25,997 bases of DNA, taken from the IMG/VR virus record IMGVR_UViG_3300018050_000188, positions 1-25,997 of that record; one strand, given 5' to 3'. Below, piece by piece: positions 25,614 through 25,997 of this stretch; position 1 is the first letter of the stretch, and each line of letters starts with the position of its first letter. Source of the stretch: a virus (Duplodnaviria > Caudoviricetes). A program made the position numbers and the translations under genes. The notes beneath the pieces were generated by a model. That model worked only from the letters and a program-made list of their open reading frames with translations, had not been told where the DNA came from and did not search any database.

Positions 25614-25997
25614 GAAATGGCTTGACATCTTCAACGAAGCTGTTAAAGTTACTGAAGAACAATCAGGGATTCCTAGTTCTGAGTGGAAGACAGCTGGTCG
25701 CAAGACCGTTGCCCGCCCAGATGGGGAAGACCTATCGTTCTGGCAGAGCGATGGACTCAAGCAGGTTGAGGGTTACCAGAAGTGGTATGCTCAGGCTGGT
25801 TGGAAAATCGCGACCATGCCTGACGGTCGTCCTGGTATCGAGTGGGATGCAAGTGTGCATTTCGGAGGCACACCTGTTCGCTTTGTTATTGATGTCGTTT
25901 ACCAAGTGGGGGAAGACTTAGTAATAGTCGACTTCAAGACTGGTGCTAGGACACCGTTCGGTATGATTCAAGCTGGCTTGTATGCCAGCGGTATTGA
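25591..25997 (+). CDS. Catalytic part of Cas4/RecB-like PD-(D/E)XK exonuclease (3'-truncated, absent from ORF track)
   Basis: MMAMNLTEKWLDIF...GIEWD...VRFVIDVVY...LVIVDFKTG...QAGLYA shows nuclease motifs II, III (DxK) and QxxxY; possible starts at 25591, 25594 or 25600. Confidence 0.85.
   Translation, partial: MMAMNLTEKWLDIFNEAVKVTEEQSGIPSSEWKTAGRKTVARPDGEDLSFWQSDGLKQVEGYQKWYAQAGWKIATMPDGRPGIEWDASVHFGGTPVRFVIDVVYQVGEDLVIVDFKTGARTPFGMIQAGLYASGI

Noticed and set aside
25622-25921. 99-aa + strand ORF in the track
   Set aside because: Out-of-frame overlap with the true nuclease ORF starting near 25591.
25211-25997. Cas4-like gene as evidence of a CRISPR-Cas system
   Set aside because: No cas1/cas2 or array; stand-alone Cas4-like exonucleases are common in phage replication modules.

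Overview
Structural half of a tailed dsDNA bacteriophage genome; most genes are on the + strand and tightly packed, many with stop/start overlaps. Order: terminase large subunit (5'-truncated), portal, an ~11 kb block of probable internal-virion/ejection genes (a 1655-aa protein and three LysM proteins), a structured 140-nt intergenic region, scaffold, major capsid protein, small basic proteins, adaptor-like protein, tail fibre, Asp-box-repeat receptor-binding protein, holin-like genes and CHAP endolysin, nozzle-like protein, stand-alone peptidoglycan-binding-like protein, bidirectional terminator. Then come a small minus-strand unit (SAM methyltransferase), a divergent promoter region and the start of the replication module, where a Cas4/RecB-like nuclease is split into two ORFs around a zinc-finger gene. 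I recognise no tape-measure, tail-tube or sheath gene, which suggests a short-tailed virion. LysM/CHAP content and promoter style suggest a Gram-positive host, probably a low-GC actinobacterium (inference). All family assignments are by-eye motif recognition; no database search was run.
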